A DNA stretch of 64,000 nucleotides from Camelus dromedarius. Lineage: Eukaryota. A program made the translations under genes and the position numbers. This document shows, piece by piece, positions 1 through 12,091 of this stretch. A model generated the notes under the pieces. It saw only the letters and a list, made by a program, of their open reading frames with translations, ran no database searches and was not told where the DNA came from. How positions within the stretch are numbered: the stretch's first letter is position 1; each line of letters starts with the position of its first letter. The stretch is taken from NCBI RefSeq assembly GCF_036321535.1, contig NC_087437.1, positions 56,980,001-57,044,000 on the forward strand. Reading direction: 5' to 3'.

Positions 1-2849
1 CCTTTTTCCTCCCTAGTCCATCATAGGTCATCCGGGCAGGGGGCGCAGACTGGAGATGGTCCTAGTCTTTCTGCATGGAGCACAGTGTCGCCCACATTCT
101 CCTGGAAGAATCTCTTTTCCACCTGATGATAGACGTGATTGTCAACGCGAGGAGTTGAGGCTGTTGTTGCTCATGCTGTTGGACTCTGGCTAGAAATGCT
201 GAACTTCTGGAGAAGTCAAGGAAGGGGTAAAGTAGGAAACAGCCACTTCTACAGAGTCACTTTTCTCAGGAGACCTGCACTTCTTGCCAGCAATGTCTGT
301 GAGGAGCAGTGTTGCCTTAAATTAGTTTGATTCTGACCAAGGTCAGGGTACTGTATTTCTGTGTGTGAATGAATGACTGCCAGCTCTCCACTGAGGTGCC
401 AGATTCACAGGTGAGCCCCAAACATCCTGTCCTCAGTAGCTGTGGACGTCCTCCCCCTGAGCTGGGGGCGACATGCACACTGCTAGGTACATCATTTCAT
501 TTCAAGTGGCCTCTCTAATGAATGAGCAGTGATCATAAAGGCTGGTGGTAGGAGAGAGATCTTCCCGCCCAGGCCCTCCAGGTGATCACTTCCTGACTGG
601 TGGAGAGCTGGCTGTCCTCCTTTTCTGCAGGACTGTGTAGAAGATATTTCCAAAGGTTCTGTCACGCAGTGAAGTCACTCATTACTGTTTTGTAAGAATT
701 TCACCAACACTCTTGTGTATTGAAATGCATACATTAACAAAAAAGAAAAAGGAGAAAACCAAACAAAACAGAGACGTTTGCTCCAATGGGAGATTTGTTG
801 ATGTGAAGAGTGTTTCTATTTTATTACTTTTAAGAGAACATCCACCAGGAAAACTTTTGCTACGGGAAGGAAGATACCAGAGTGTTTTTTAAGGTTGTAT
901 TTGATGCCACAAACTAACACAATCAGCTAAGAAATCATGTTGATTTCTGGAAATACCTGGTCCCAAAAACCATTCTCTTTGCCCTTAAATCTTTGTGAAC
1001 ACTGCCTAGAAATATGTTCCTAATAGACTTAAATGTTTGTGTGTATTCTTAGCAAACTAGAAAATGTTCTTCTCTTTTTGAGTAAATTTTCATAGTATAG
1101 GGAGCCAGCACTGTGCTGGTTTCAGCATTTCAGATAAGGACAGAATTGTGTAGCTTAGTGCCCCATGATTCATTGCTGAGGTTCCGATAGAAAGAATGGA
1201 GGAATTGAAAGGCAGGGTTTGAGCGACATTTCCTTCACAAAAGAGCAAGGATTAAAGAACAGCAAAGAGCAGATGGTTGAGAGAATATACTGTTGCCCAG
1301 CATATACTGAGGATATGTCTCTGTCGCACTGAGTTTCAGACTCTAATTGCTAAAATGGTTTCTAGCTGTTAAATTTTCAGAATTTTTTAAATTTCTTACT
1401 GAATCAGCCTCTGAGATTCTCATAGGCTGTAACTTCAGCTTTTCCAATGAACTGAAAGCCGAACGCCCTTTCTCAGATACGGCTGTATTGTTCGCCTGCC
1501 TCTTAAAGGCAACTGCCTGGTATTTAGTCCATAAAGTACTATGGGAAGGTAGGATAGAAAAATGACATTCCAGAGCGAGAATTCTCTGTAATGCGGTTTT
1601 CCTTAAGAAGAACCCATCCCAGCACGCTATTGTATTTTGAAAATGTGCTGAATTACAAAGTACAAGAGTTTGCTCATGGAAATCGAGTTGCTCAGGAAAT
1701 TTGAGGTGGTGCTGACATTCGTCTTACAATTAGGAAAAGTACCGCCTTTGGAGAGATCCTACACGGTGCCCAGGTGGTTTTGGACCCTTTGGTCAGAACT
1801 CCTTTGACATTTGGAATGTAGATGTTTAAATAAATACAAGTGAGATGTTATCCCAGCTGCTCATCAGCTTGTAGCTGAGCCCCAAGGGAAAGGCAGCTTT
1901 GATCCAGTTACTTCATGGACCTGAGCAGAACCTTAATGGAACAGAGTTGCCCGGCTGAGGACAGAAAACAGAGGCCACCTCAAGCCACATGCCTGTGAAG
2001 AGATTAAGTGAAACTGTGAGGGACACTGTGGATGCCTTAAAGGTGACTGGTGTTGGGTACCGGTGGGTGTGTATGCACCCTTGTGGGCTAGGCTGGTCAC
2101 CTTCACACGGCGCAGGTCCTGCTCGGGCCCTCACTGGGGAAAATGAGAAAATGGTGCTGGAGGCTTTGTCACGTGTCTCGGGAGGCTGAGATGGTAACGT
2201 CGTTTGGACTCCAGTGCTCAAGCCTCCCTCCAGTGCCAGTTACACCTCTCCATTAATTCATCTATGCAGACTTGTGTTTCAGCTGTTCTTTTTTTACACC
2301 TTGTGTCCCATTTGATTCTTTTAACATCAGGTTCAACATTGATACTACAAATAATTTTTAAACCAAAGTACTGTATAAGTCTGTGTGCTTGTTTTCCTGA
2401 GTGCTTTGAGGCAAACACCAGTCTTGTCCTTCTCTTAATAAAGTCATCCATTTGTTAAGTCAGGGGACTCTGCCTCTTGTTTTCTTTACTGCATTCAAGG
2501 ATGGGACGTTCTGGGAATATTAATTTGTTTTTTCTTCTTTACAGAGTTAGCCCTAATATATCTTTACTTAACAACAGTAGCATTTTCTGTTACTCCAGTT
2601 CCGTCTACTTACTGTAACTTAATGCCTAGTACATTAAAATTCTCAACAAATACTCCCAAGTCTAAATTGGTTAGAAAAATGGCATTGTTTTGTGCGTGGT
2701 GGTTGGTGGCTTGGTTGATGTATTTGAGGGAAAATCGGGCAACTGGATATTCCCACAATCATCTGAATGATTAAAGACTCCATGAGGGCAGCAACTGAGT
2801 CTATACCACACGACACTCTGTGGATTTTGAAAATAGATGTTAATAATAA

Positions 2850-3280
2850 ACGTGAGAAACTTTATAAAACAAATAACAAAAATTCTCCAAAATAAATTTA
2901 TTTGTAAAGAAAGTGAAGAAAAGGAAAGATAAAAGATACAAGCGAAACTTTAGTTGAAAATAGACTGAAATCTATAAGGTGATTGGGGAAATGTGAATAC
3001 TGACAATATTTGATGATATTAAGAACTTAGTGTTAATTTCTTTGGTATGATAATGATAACTGGGGTTGTGTTGTAAACAAAAAGGATTCTCATATTTCAG
3101 AAATCCACACTGAAATATTTATCAATGAAATGATACAGTGTCAGGGGATAGGGCATGCATGAGGTATAAAAAAGAAAAGATTGGCTATGTATCAATAGCT
3201 GGGGATGGGTAAGTCAGATTTACTATACTATTCTCTCTACTTTTATATATGTTTGAAAATGTCCACAGTGAAGTTTTAAA
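2850..3280 (+). mobile_element. Old L1 (L1MC/L1ME-type) 3' UTR fragment
   Basis: Motifs 'tttgatgatattaagaacttagtgttaattt', 'cacactgaaatatttatcaatgaaatgata' and 'ttactatactattctctctacttttatatatgtttgaaaat' resemble old L1M 3' ends. Boundaries approximate. Confidence 0.65.
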
Positions 3281-4160
3281 AGTAACACGGAACTAAATTT
3301 TCAAACAAGAACTACAAAAAGCCACAGTGAAGTATGTATGTGTTCTTCAGGCAAAAGAAAAAAGATCTGAGATGAAAGAAAATACAGAAAGAAAGAGATA
3401 TAAGTGAAAAGTACATATTTGTTGGTAAACATAAATGAGTATTGACTGTCTAAAACAATGATAAGGTAACCTTGTGGGTTTAAAGTATAAATAAAATACA
3501 CAAAATGGTATATGAATCATGAGAGTAAATGGAGTTAAAATACCGAAAAGCAGTATTTCTCAAACTTTTAATATACGAATTATCTAGGGATCTTGTTAAA
3601 TTGTAGATTTTGATCAAAACGTCTGGACTGGGACAGGAGATTTTGCATTTTAACAAGCTCCCAGGTGATTTTTATGCTTCCGGTCTAAGAACACACTGAG
3701 CAGCAAGCTAAAGTTGCTGCAATGTTGTGGAAGAGGTAAAAATACTTCTGTTAGGCTTTGATATGTCAAGTGTGCTTGCTGTAATCTTCATTGTAACATC
3801 AAAAAGAGTGGTAAAAGAACATAAAATGACTAAGATAATAGTGAGGGAAATGGAATAACAACATATAATCAATCTGAAAGAAACAGAAAAAAATGAAGCA
3901 AGTACAAAGCAGTTAGATGGCAAATTCAAACCTGAATACCTTAGTCATATTAACTGTGAACTAAGTGATCCAATTGAAAGGCATAGATTATCCGATGGAG
4001 AAAACCAAATTATATGCTGCTTATAAGAAATATTTAAAATATATGATACAGAAAGATTAAAAGTAAAAAAAGTTCCACGAAAACACTTACCAAAAGAAAG
4101 CTGTGATAAATACCAGAAAAGGCAAACATTAGTAAAAATACCCCTAAAGTAAAAAGGAAC
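3281..4160 (+). mobile_element. Degraded old L1 body fragment (inter-ORF / ORF2 endonuclease start), interrupted by MER5A
   Basis: A-rich. 'ccaattgaaaggcatagattatccgatggag...tatatgctgcttataagaaat' resembles the L1 ORF2 endonuclease N-terminus. Confidence 0.55.
3551..3707. mobile_element. MER5A-like hAT-Charlie MITE
   Basis: 'cagtatttctcaaactt...gattttgcattttaacaagctcccaggtgat...acacactgagcagcaag' matches MER5A structure. Confidence 0.75.
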
Positions 4161-4708
4161 ATTTTGTAAATGTGCAGACTCCACCTAACCAGGATGGTTT
4201 TGACAAAGTGCACAAATGAACTCAGAATTCTAACAGCCAAAGCTGCCTAGGGGGGGCTGCCTCAGGAGGTAGCAAACTATCCATCAAACTGTGCTCCAGC
4301 CACTAAACGCGCCTTCTCCAAACATGCAGACTAGTAATTTCATTTTAGATGCAAACAGAACCTAATATGAAAAATTTCTCAAGGCGAAGTGGGCTACGCT
4401 GGGAAACTAACTTCTCACTAAACACAACCTTGGTTAGGATTACATTTTATTCTTGCTGAGCACAGTATCTCACACATAGTAGGAGCTCAGTGCAGGAGTT
4501 TCAGTGTTGAATAAACTGATGAATGGAAAGAAGGGCTCTCCGACCTTGACATTCTTGGGATCCCCATTTACTGTGCAGAGTGTTAAAAAACAAGACAATT
4601 TAGGTGATGCAAACAAATTATTTAAGTGGACAAAGTATGAAGTGGAGTCTTCTGGCAAGCTGCAAAATGGGGTGGAAGGCTTTTATAGGATACAGAGTAA
4701 AATAACAT

Positions 4709-7700
4709 GGGGCAAGTGATACCGACCTCATGGTAGAGTGAGATATTTCCTTTGTCCCTCCGTTTCAATCTACAGCCAGTAAAACATCCACAACTCAGCA
4801 AAGATGCCTCGGCCCAGCACACCAGGATGCCAGAGAATTCCACACATCTGTACATCTAACGGTGAGTGGAGCAGATAGAAGATCTCAAACCAGGGCAACA
4901 GTGGAGGCGGTGCCTGCAACCCTGGTCCCCTGGCCATGGCAGCTGAGCCTGCGGCACCATAGAACCTGGCATCAGCAGGGAAGGTGGTGCTCACGACTCC
5001 AGCCCCCGAGAGGGTTGCCTGCAGTGGGGGGCACCCGTGACCTTGGCTCCCCTCTCCTTTGCTCCCTCCCCTTGTAGCAGCAGAGCCTGCAGCTCAGGAG
5101 ATCTTGCATGCTGCAGAAGTGCCACCACCCCAGTGCCCCAGACAGCAATGCCAGGACAGCAGCAGTGGCAAGGCACCGACAACCCCAGTGACACAAGCAG
5201 CAGTAAGAGCTGATGTGAAACGTCCGACAGGTGGTGGAGGGTGGAAAGTGCAGGATCTCAAATATAACCAGAGGCAGCTCAGATTAGAGAAACCAAAACA
5301 TTGTGCTATAATGCCACTTACTGGGAAATAAAAGAATTCTAATTTGTAACCTGTTGAATCTTTAGAATCAAATTAAAGGGAAAAGAAACTTTAAAGAAGG
5401 AAGGTGTTCACTACTATAAATGCATTAACAAAGGAACAACTCGTTAAGTACCATGAAGAACCACAGTAACTGTACTACAAAAAGAAAATGACAGTTCTTC
5501 AGAAACCAAATTTAAAGTCACAAAATATTGATATCTGTTAGAGAATTCAAAATAGCTGTCAAGAAGAAACTCAATAAGCCACAAGAAAACTCAGAAAGGC
5601 AGTTTAATGAGCTCAGGAATAAAATTAATGAAGAGAGTAATACTTTATCAAGGAAACTGAAACTGAAAAAGACCAAATCTGGAGCTAAAGAATTCAATAA
5701 GTGAGATAAGAATGCATTAGAAAACACTGGAAGCAGAGCAGACCATATGGAAGAGAGGAACAGTGAGCTTGAAACAAATCTAGAAATGATACAGGTGGAA
5801 GTTCCGGAAAAGAGAATTACGATCTAAAAATGTGAGGAAGTTATTTAATAACTATCTGATTCTTTTTGGAAGGGCAACACTAGGGTAATGGGTATCCCAG
5901 AATGAGAAGAGAAGGAGAAGGGAGTGGAAAGTTTATTTAAAGAAATAGTATCTGAGAACTTCCCAAATCTGGGGAACGATCTAGTCCATAAAGCGAACAT
6001 AACACCTAATTATCTCAATGCAAAAATATCTTCTCCAAGACACATTATATTAAAATTGTCCACAGTCAATCACAAAGAAAGCATTTTAAAGGCAGCCAGG
6101 GGAAAAAAGGAAGGTAAGATACAAAATAAGTCTCAATAAATTTAAGGTGATTGAAATCATATCAAGCATCTTTTTTTTTTTATTACAATGGTATGAAACT
6201 AGAAATCAACTATAAGGAACGTGGAAAAATCAGTATGTGGAGACTGAACATACTACTGAACAATTATTTGGTCAGTGAAGAAATTAAAGGAGAAATCAAA
6301 AAATACCTGAAGACAAACGAAAACATAACATACCAAAAAGTCTGTGGAATACAATGAAAGCAGGGAATAAAATACATACAAATAAATTTAACTAATGAGG
6401 TAAAAGACCTTTCATTAAAATATATAAGACATTGTTGAAGGAAATTGAAGAAGACAAATAAATGGGATGATATTCTGTGCTCATGGATTAGAAGAATAAA
6501 CATTGTTAAATTGTCCATATTACCCTAAGCAGTCTACAGATTCAATGCAATCTCTATCAAAATCCCAAGCGCATTTTGCACAGAAATAGAACAAAAGACT
6601 CTAAAATTGATGTTGAACAACGAAAGACCTGTGATAGCCAAAGCAATCCTGAGGGAAAAGAACAAAGCTGGAAGCATCACACTCCCTCACTTCAAACTAC
6701 ACCATAAGGTTACAGTAATGAAAACAGTGTGGTACTGACACAAAACATACATTGATCAATGGAACAGAACTGAGACCCCAGAAATAAATCCACCCATATG
6801 TGGACAATTTATTGTAAAGGAGCAAAGAACATACAATGAAGAATGGTCTCTTCCAGTCAGTGGTGTTGGGAAGACTGGATAGAGGAAGGAAGGACAAAAG
6901 GAAAGGAGGGAGGGAGGGAGGAGGGAAGGAAGGAAACTAGAACAACATCTCACACCATACACAAAAATCAACTCAAAGCGAATTAAAGACTTGATATTAA
7001 GACCTGATACCAGAAAACTCCTAGAAGGAATACAGGCAGTACACTCTTTGACATCAGTCTTAGCAGTATCTTTTTGGACATGTCTCCTCAGACAAGGAAG
7101 ACAAAAACAAAAATAAACAAATGGGACCTAACCAAACTAAAAAGCTTTTGCACAGCAAAAGAAACCATCAACAAAACAAAAAGACAGCCTACTGAATGGG
7201 AGAAGATATTTGCAAATGATATATCTGAGAGGAGTTAATATCCAAAATTTATAAAGAATCCATACAACTCCAAAACAACAACAAAAACCACCTGATTAAA
7301 AATTGGGCAGAGGAGCTGAATAGACATTTTTCTGAAGAAGACATACAAGATGGCCAACAGGCACATGAAAAGGTGCTCAATATCAACTAATTATTAGGGA
7401 AATGCAAATCAAAACCATAATGAGATATCACCTCACATCTGTCAGGATGGCTATTATCAAAAAGGCAAGAAATAGCAAATGTTGATGAGGATTTTTGGTA
7501 AAGGGAACCTTCATACACTGCTGATGTAAATTGGTACATCCACTATGGAAAACAGTATCGAAGTTGTTCAAAAGTTAAATTTGAACTACCATATGATCCA
7601 GCTATTCCATTTCTGGGTATTCATCTAAAGAATATGAAAACATTAATTTGAAAACATATTTGCTGCAATGTGTATTACAATAACCAAGATATGGAAACAA

Positions 7701-7742
7701 CCTAAATGCCCATCAATAGTGGAATGGATAAGGAAGATGTGG

Positions 7743-7778
<36 letters not shown>

Positions 7779-8120
7779 ATGAAATACTACTCAGCCATAA
7801 AAAATAATTAAATCCTGCCATTTGCAACAACATGGAAGGACCAGGAGGGTATCATGCTAAGTGAAGTAAGTCAGTCAGAGAAAGACAAATACTGAATAAT
7901 TTCACTCATATGTGAAGTATAAAAATAAAACAAAACCCAAAATAAATAAATAAACCAAATCAAAAACAAACATGTAGACACAGAGAATAGAGTAATGGTT
8001 ACTTAGGCAAAGAGGGGCAGAGGGCAAAATTGGGTAAAGGGGACCAACTCTACAGTGATGGGTGGAAACTATTTTTGTGTTGAGCATGCTGTAATGTATA
8101 CAGAGGTAGAAGTATAATGT
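4709..8120 (+). mobile_element. L1 with 5' UTR, ORF1 remnant, ORF2 C-terminal part and 3' UTR; endonuclease and RT regions largely deleted
   Basis: GC-rich 5' UTR at 4709-5300. ORF1 remnant (ORF 5924-6139 'LFKEIVSENFPNLG...SPRHIILKL'). ORF2 fragments 'tgctcatggattagaagaataaacattgttaaa' and 'ccatatgatccagctattccatttctggg'. 3' UTR runs to about 8120 with no poly(A). Confidence 0.9.
7743..7778. repeat. (TA)n(CA)n microsatellite inside L1
   Basis: Seen directly. Confidence 0.9.
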
Positions 8121-8342
8121 TGAAATTAATTTTCATAAGATATTTTATTTAACCCAATGCATCCAAGATATCATTTCAACAAACAATCAGCCCAATCATT
8201 ATTAAGTGTATGTTTATTTTTTCCCCATAATAACTTTTTAAGTATGGTGTGTATTTTACACACACAGGCCTGTTGATTCAAACTAGGTATATTTCAAGGG
8301 CTTAGGAGTCACACGTAGTGGCTCCTGTCTAGGACAGCACAG
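8121..8342 (+). mobile_element. MER33-like hAT-Charlie element, truncated at one end
   Basis: 'gaaattaattttcataagatattttatttaacccaat...ggtgtgtattttacac...ggacagcacag' follows the MER33 consensus to its terminus. Confidence 0.75.
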
Positions 8343-8510
8343 ATATGTTACATACATCAGCTCAAACGGAGACAGGGAGAATCCTATTTTAACATGTTAA
8401 CTAGCTCTTAAACAATAATGGATGTGAAAGCATTTTATAAATTGCAAAGTGACTGATAGTACGAAGTGGTGTTCTTTAACCTTCACCAAACTGTCAATTC
8501 CGTTTTTGAT

Positions 8511-8544
8511 TGTTGTACCCACAACTTACCAGCAGAGGGCGCTC
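8511..8544 (+). promoter_or_regulatory. Candidate CTCF binding site (core plus upstream module)
   Basis: Core CCAGCAGAGGGCGCTC at 8529-8544 fits CCASYAGRKGGCRS. TGTTGTACC at 8511 lies 18 nt before the core and resembles the TGCAGTNCC upstream motif. Confidence 0.6.
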
Positions 8545-9049
8545 GGAACTGGCAAAAAAGCTTAAACCTTGAACTCAAGACTTGGCACTCTACTGGATTG
8601 GCTGGCTATAAAAACCAATACACTAGCTCCGTTACAAAAAATCAAACTTTTACAAAAGCAATACTTTATAAAATTATATATTGATTATAGAAATTTTTTT
8701 GAATTGTGTTAAGTAGAATTTAAATCAGTTAATGTGTCACCCATAGTCCCTCCAAAACATAACCACAAACATGATTTACTACATTCTGTTCCAGGCTCTC
8801 TTCTATACATAGGATTTAACTCCATGTAATTGTAGTCACATTAGGGGAAATGACGGCTTCAGAGAGATATGAGTGTGTTTAAAAACTGGTAAGATTGATC
8901 AACCAGGGTAAAAAGAGTTTGAAGAACTTGCACTATTAATAGAAAATTTTCACTATTGATAGAATAAAATTTCTGACAGAGGAGCAGAGACACATAGTCA
9001 TACACATTATATGTGTATAACAGACAAAGACATGAATATGAATTTGCCT

Positions 9050-9950
9050 TATAGATCACATTATAGATAGATCATGTATAATATGAGGACAGGAGAAAAC
9101 TGTGTAGGTGGCATAGATTTGGCAGTAGAAGTGGATGAAGTTCTGTTTTTCATTTCTTTCCATCCTTCCTTTTTTTCCCTTTCTGTGTAGCAGAAGAGAA
9201 TTTCCTGTGGTGAGAATGAGGGGGTAAGGTTGGGAGTCAGGGGAGTGGGAAATAAGAAGCAAGGTTCTATTCTACAGCCAAAAGAAGTGTGATTTAGAAG
9301 CCAGTGGAGAATGGTGACAGTCTGGGAAAATGGTCAAGGGAAAGGAAGGGGACTGACCGGGACTGCTGAGCACTGGAGACTGAGGGCAGCTGCGACTGGA
9401 TTGTCTGCATTCACAGGGGCATCCATCTTCATGAAAGCTTGGTTCATAGCAGCTGCATCAGCAACCCATACTTAGAAGCAGAAGATCTGAATGGTTGGAA
9501 GTGATCCATCGCTGGGGTTTAGATGGGCATGTGTAGCAGAGTCCAAGGGCCAGGAAGAAAGAGGCTGAGGTGAGGCCCCATGAGATCTTGGGACGAGGCT
9601 CAGGGGCAGGGGAGTAATGTGTCTGAGTAAGAAGGAACAGTTCTCCAAGAGAGCACGGTGATCAGGGTGCAAGGGTCAGGCAATAAGGGAGTAAGAGAAA
9701 AGAATGAAATGTTCTGGTCAGGAGGAGGATATTTTAGATACGGAAAAGGACTTAAGCCCAAGGAGTTGCAGTGCAGTGCCAAGAAAGATGACTGTAATTT
9801 GGGGTTAAGGGCACTGAACCCTTGGTGGTCCAAAGTGTCATGTACGTGGGCACGGAGTCCCAGAACATGGGAGAAGGTGTTGTCACGGAGGTTTGCGTTA
9901 GTAACAAAGAAAACAGATCTGGGAAGGGCAAAAGTTTCATGATGTTAATC
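9050..9950 (-). mobile_element. L2 LINE fragment
   Basis: Purine-rich degraded sequence typical of antisense L2 body ('ggatgaagttctgtttttcatttc', 'gaatgaaatgttctggtcaggaggagg'). Confidence 0.55.
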
Positions 9951-10094
9951 TCCAAGGTAATCTTTGAGTAACCAGAATTTGTCTCATTTCAAGGCATAGA
10001 ATATGGTAATGAGGCAAAGGCTGCTAGAGTTAAATGAGAATACTTTCAAGATAATACATTTGAACTGTTTTCAGGCCATGCACCCTGGGATCTA

Positions 10095-10270
10095 AGAACA
10101 TCAGACAGATCTGGGTTAGAAATAAGTTTTTGACCCTCTTGCTAGCTGTGTGGTTTGGACAAATTATATTCTATCAACTCTGAAGCTTAGTTTCCCTATC
10201 TATATAATGGGGATAATAGTATAATCTACTTCCAAAATTTACAGTAGTCTTTTCATAGAAAATATTCAAT
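10095..10270 (+). mobile_element. MIR SINE
   Basis: 'agacagatctgggttagaaat...gctagctgtgtggtttggacaaattat...tctgaagcttagtttccctatctatataatggggataatagta' matches the MIR core. Confidence 0.75.
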
Positions 10271-11552
10271 AAATGATAGTTGTCTTAATCAAAACTAAGG
10301 GGGAAAACCCACCCCAGACATGTTTATTGACAGAAGCCAGAACATATCCAAACCAGAAGGATGCTCTGAGTTCATCCTCAGTAACAGGTTCAACTGTGGG
10401 GAAAGGAAGACAGAGAAAGAAGCCAAGATCAAACTGCAGGATTCTCAGGTGCCCCGCTGCTTGCTGGAACCTAGTGTCCTCTCGTCACCCCGCCCTACCT
10501 TCCTTTCCTCTTGACAGCTATAAGAGTTGAGTTTTTTCTTTATGCAGCATAAATCTGGTTTTCTTTATTTCCAATCATTTGACTTTCCTATGCCCTCTGG
10601 CAGTTTTATTTTCTCATCTCATGACAGCTCTTCAGATATCTGAAGATAGTTACTGTGTCTCCCTGACGTTCTGCTTCTCTGACACAAGTCGACCCTGGGT
10701 CGTTAGGGTCCTTTTAATGACACAGCCCAGGGCCTTGGCACTTACGATCACCTCTTTGCTTGTCTTTGTCTCTGTCACCGTTGGCACCTCACTTCCAGGC
10801 ACAGTCTGAAGTCCACAAAACCGAGTAGGGCTGTCACCATCCCAAGGATGGATACAGTTCATGCAGCTAAAGCCCACGCTGATCTTTTATTAGGCTGCCT
10901 GTCTGTCTTTCTTGCACCATTCTTATGGGCTTCCCCAGAGGTGCAGGTGGATTCTGCAACAAAGGGCAGGGCTTGCTCTTTTTCCAGGTTACGATTCATT
11001 TTGTAGATTTGCCTATCATCTACCTTTGAAGATTTTGGGGGCTCCTGATTCTGGCAAGTTGGATTTATGTGCAGATTTGAAGAACACTGGTGGAGGCTTG
11101 GGTGATTGGCAGCTGCTTTATTTAGAAGCCTGGAAATTGTCTTCACAGTCAGAGCCCCTGAGCCTTGCGGTGGGAAGGCAGGAGGGAAAGGGGCTACAGA
11201 CAGCCTCTGGCAGCATGCTTCTTCCTTCCTAGGAGAAGATGAGCTGGAGATGGGGTATGTGAGCCCCAGGGTTTGTGCTGACACTGGCCCAGGACAGCAT
11301 TTTTCTCTTCAGAAGCAAAAGTCTTGTTTCTTTTTGAGAAGGATTGTTTTTACTCTTCATATTGTACCCTTTCTGCTATTTTAAATTTAGGTGTCCTTTA
11401 GTTTATAAGATAGATGTGCTAGTAAGTGAATTTTTTTGCTTAATTGGAAAAATAGAATTTGGCAATCTGTCGATCTACCAAATGAGAGAGCACTGATCTC
11501 TAACTTATTGAGATACAGTAAATAAATTGAGTGAGAAATAAAGGCTTTACTT

Positions 11553-12091
11553 TGTAGGGAAGGAAAATTTTTCCTCGACCCTCTTAGGGTCCCTGGCAGG
11601 GTCTGAAAATTAAACTGACAAAGGTAGATTTAAGAGGAGAAAAGCATACACATTTGACTGAATTTCCACATGTCCATGGGAGCTGACACAAGAGAAAGAA
11701 GAGCTGAAGAAATGACCAGAGCAGGAGGCTTTTACACCTTTTGGACAAAGAAACGATAAATCTGTGAACAATTGACAGGATGAAGGTGTTTGGGCTCGAG
11801 GCGCTAAATGATGGAGAAAGTAACCAGGACGATAAGGGTGAGTTTAACAAGGTTTGTTTGTACAGATTTCCCAGCTCCAAACTCCCCATCTCTAGGGATA
11901 AGAACATCTCCTTTCCTCCTGAAACAAGGAGGGCACCTTCACATGAGAGTCTGATGACCTGTTTCAGGGAAGAAGGGCAAGGCGGGAGGTCAGGGTGAAC
12001 ATTCTAATTCTGGCATTTTCCCCACCTCCTTTAGCTTAAGATATTCAATATGCCCAGGTGCCATATTTCGGGGTTTGTCCTGAACCCATCA
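11553..12091 (-). mobile_element. ERV1 solo LTR (MER34/MER39-like)
   Basis: Minus strand begins TGATGGGTTCAGGACAAACCCCGAAATATGGCACCTGGGCATATTGAATATCTTAAGCT and has TG...CA termini. Near-perfect 4-bp TSD actt/acct. Confidence 0.85.

Noticed and set aside
33..46. CTCF-like CGGGCAGGGGGCGC, and similar partial matches near 18163 and 47453
   Set aside because: Each mismatches a near-invariant core position.
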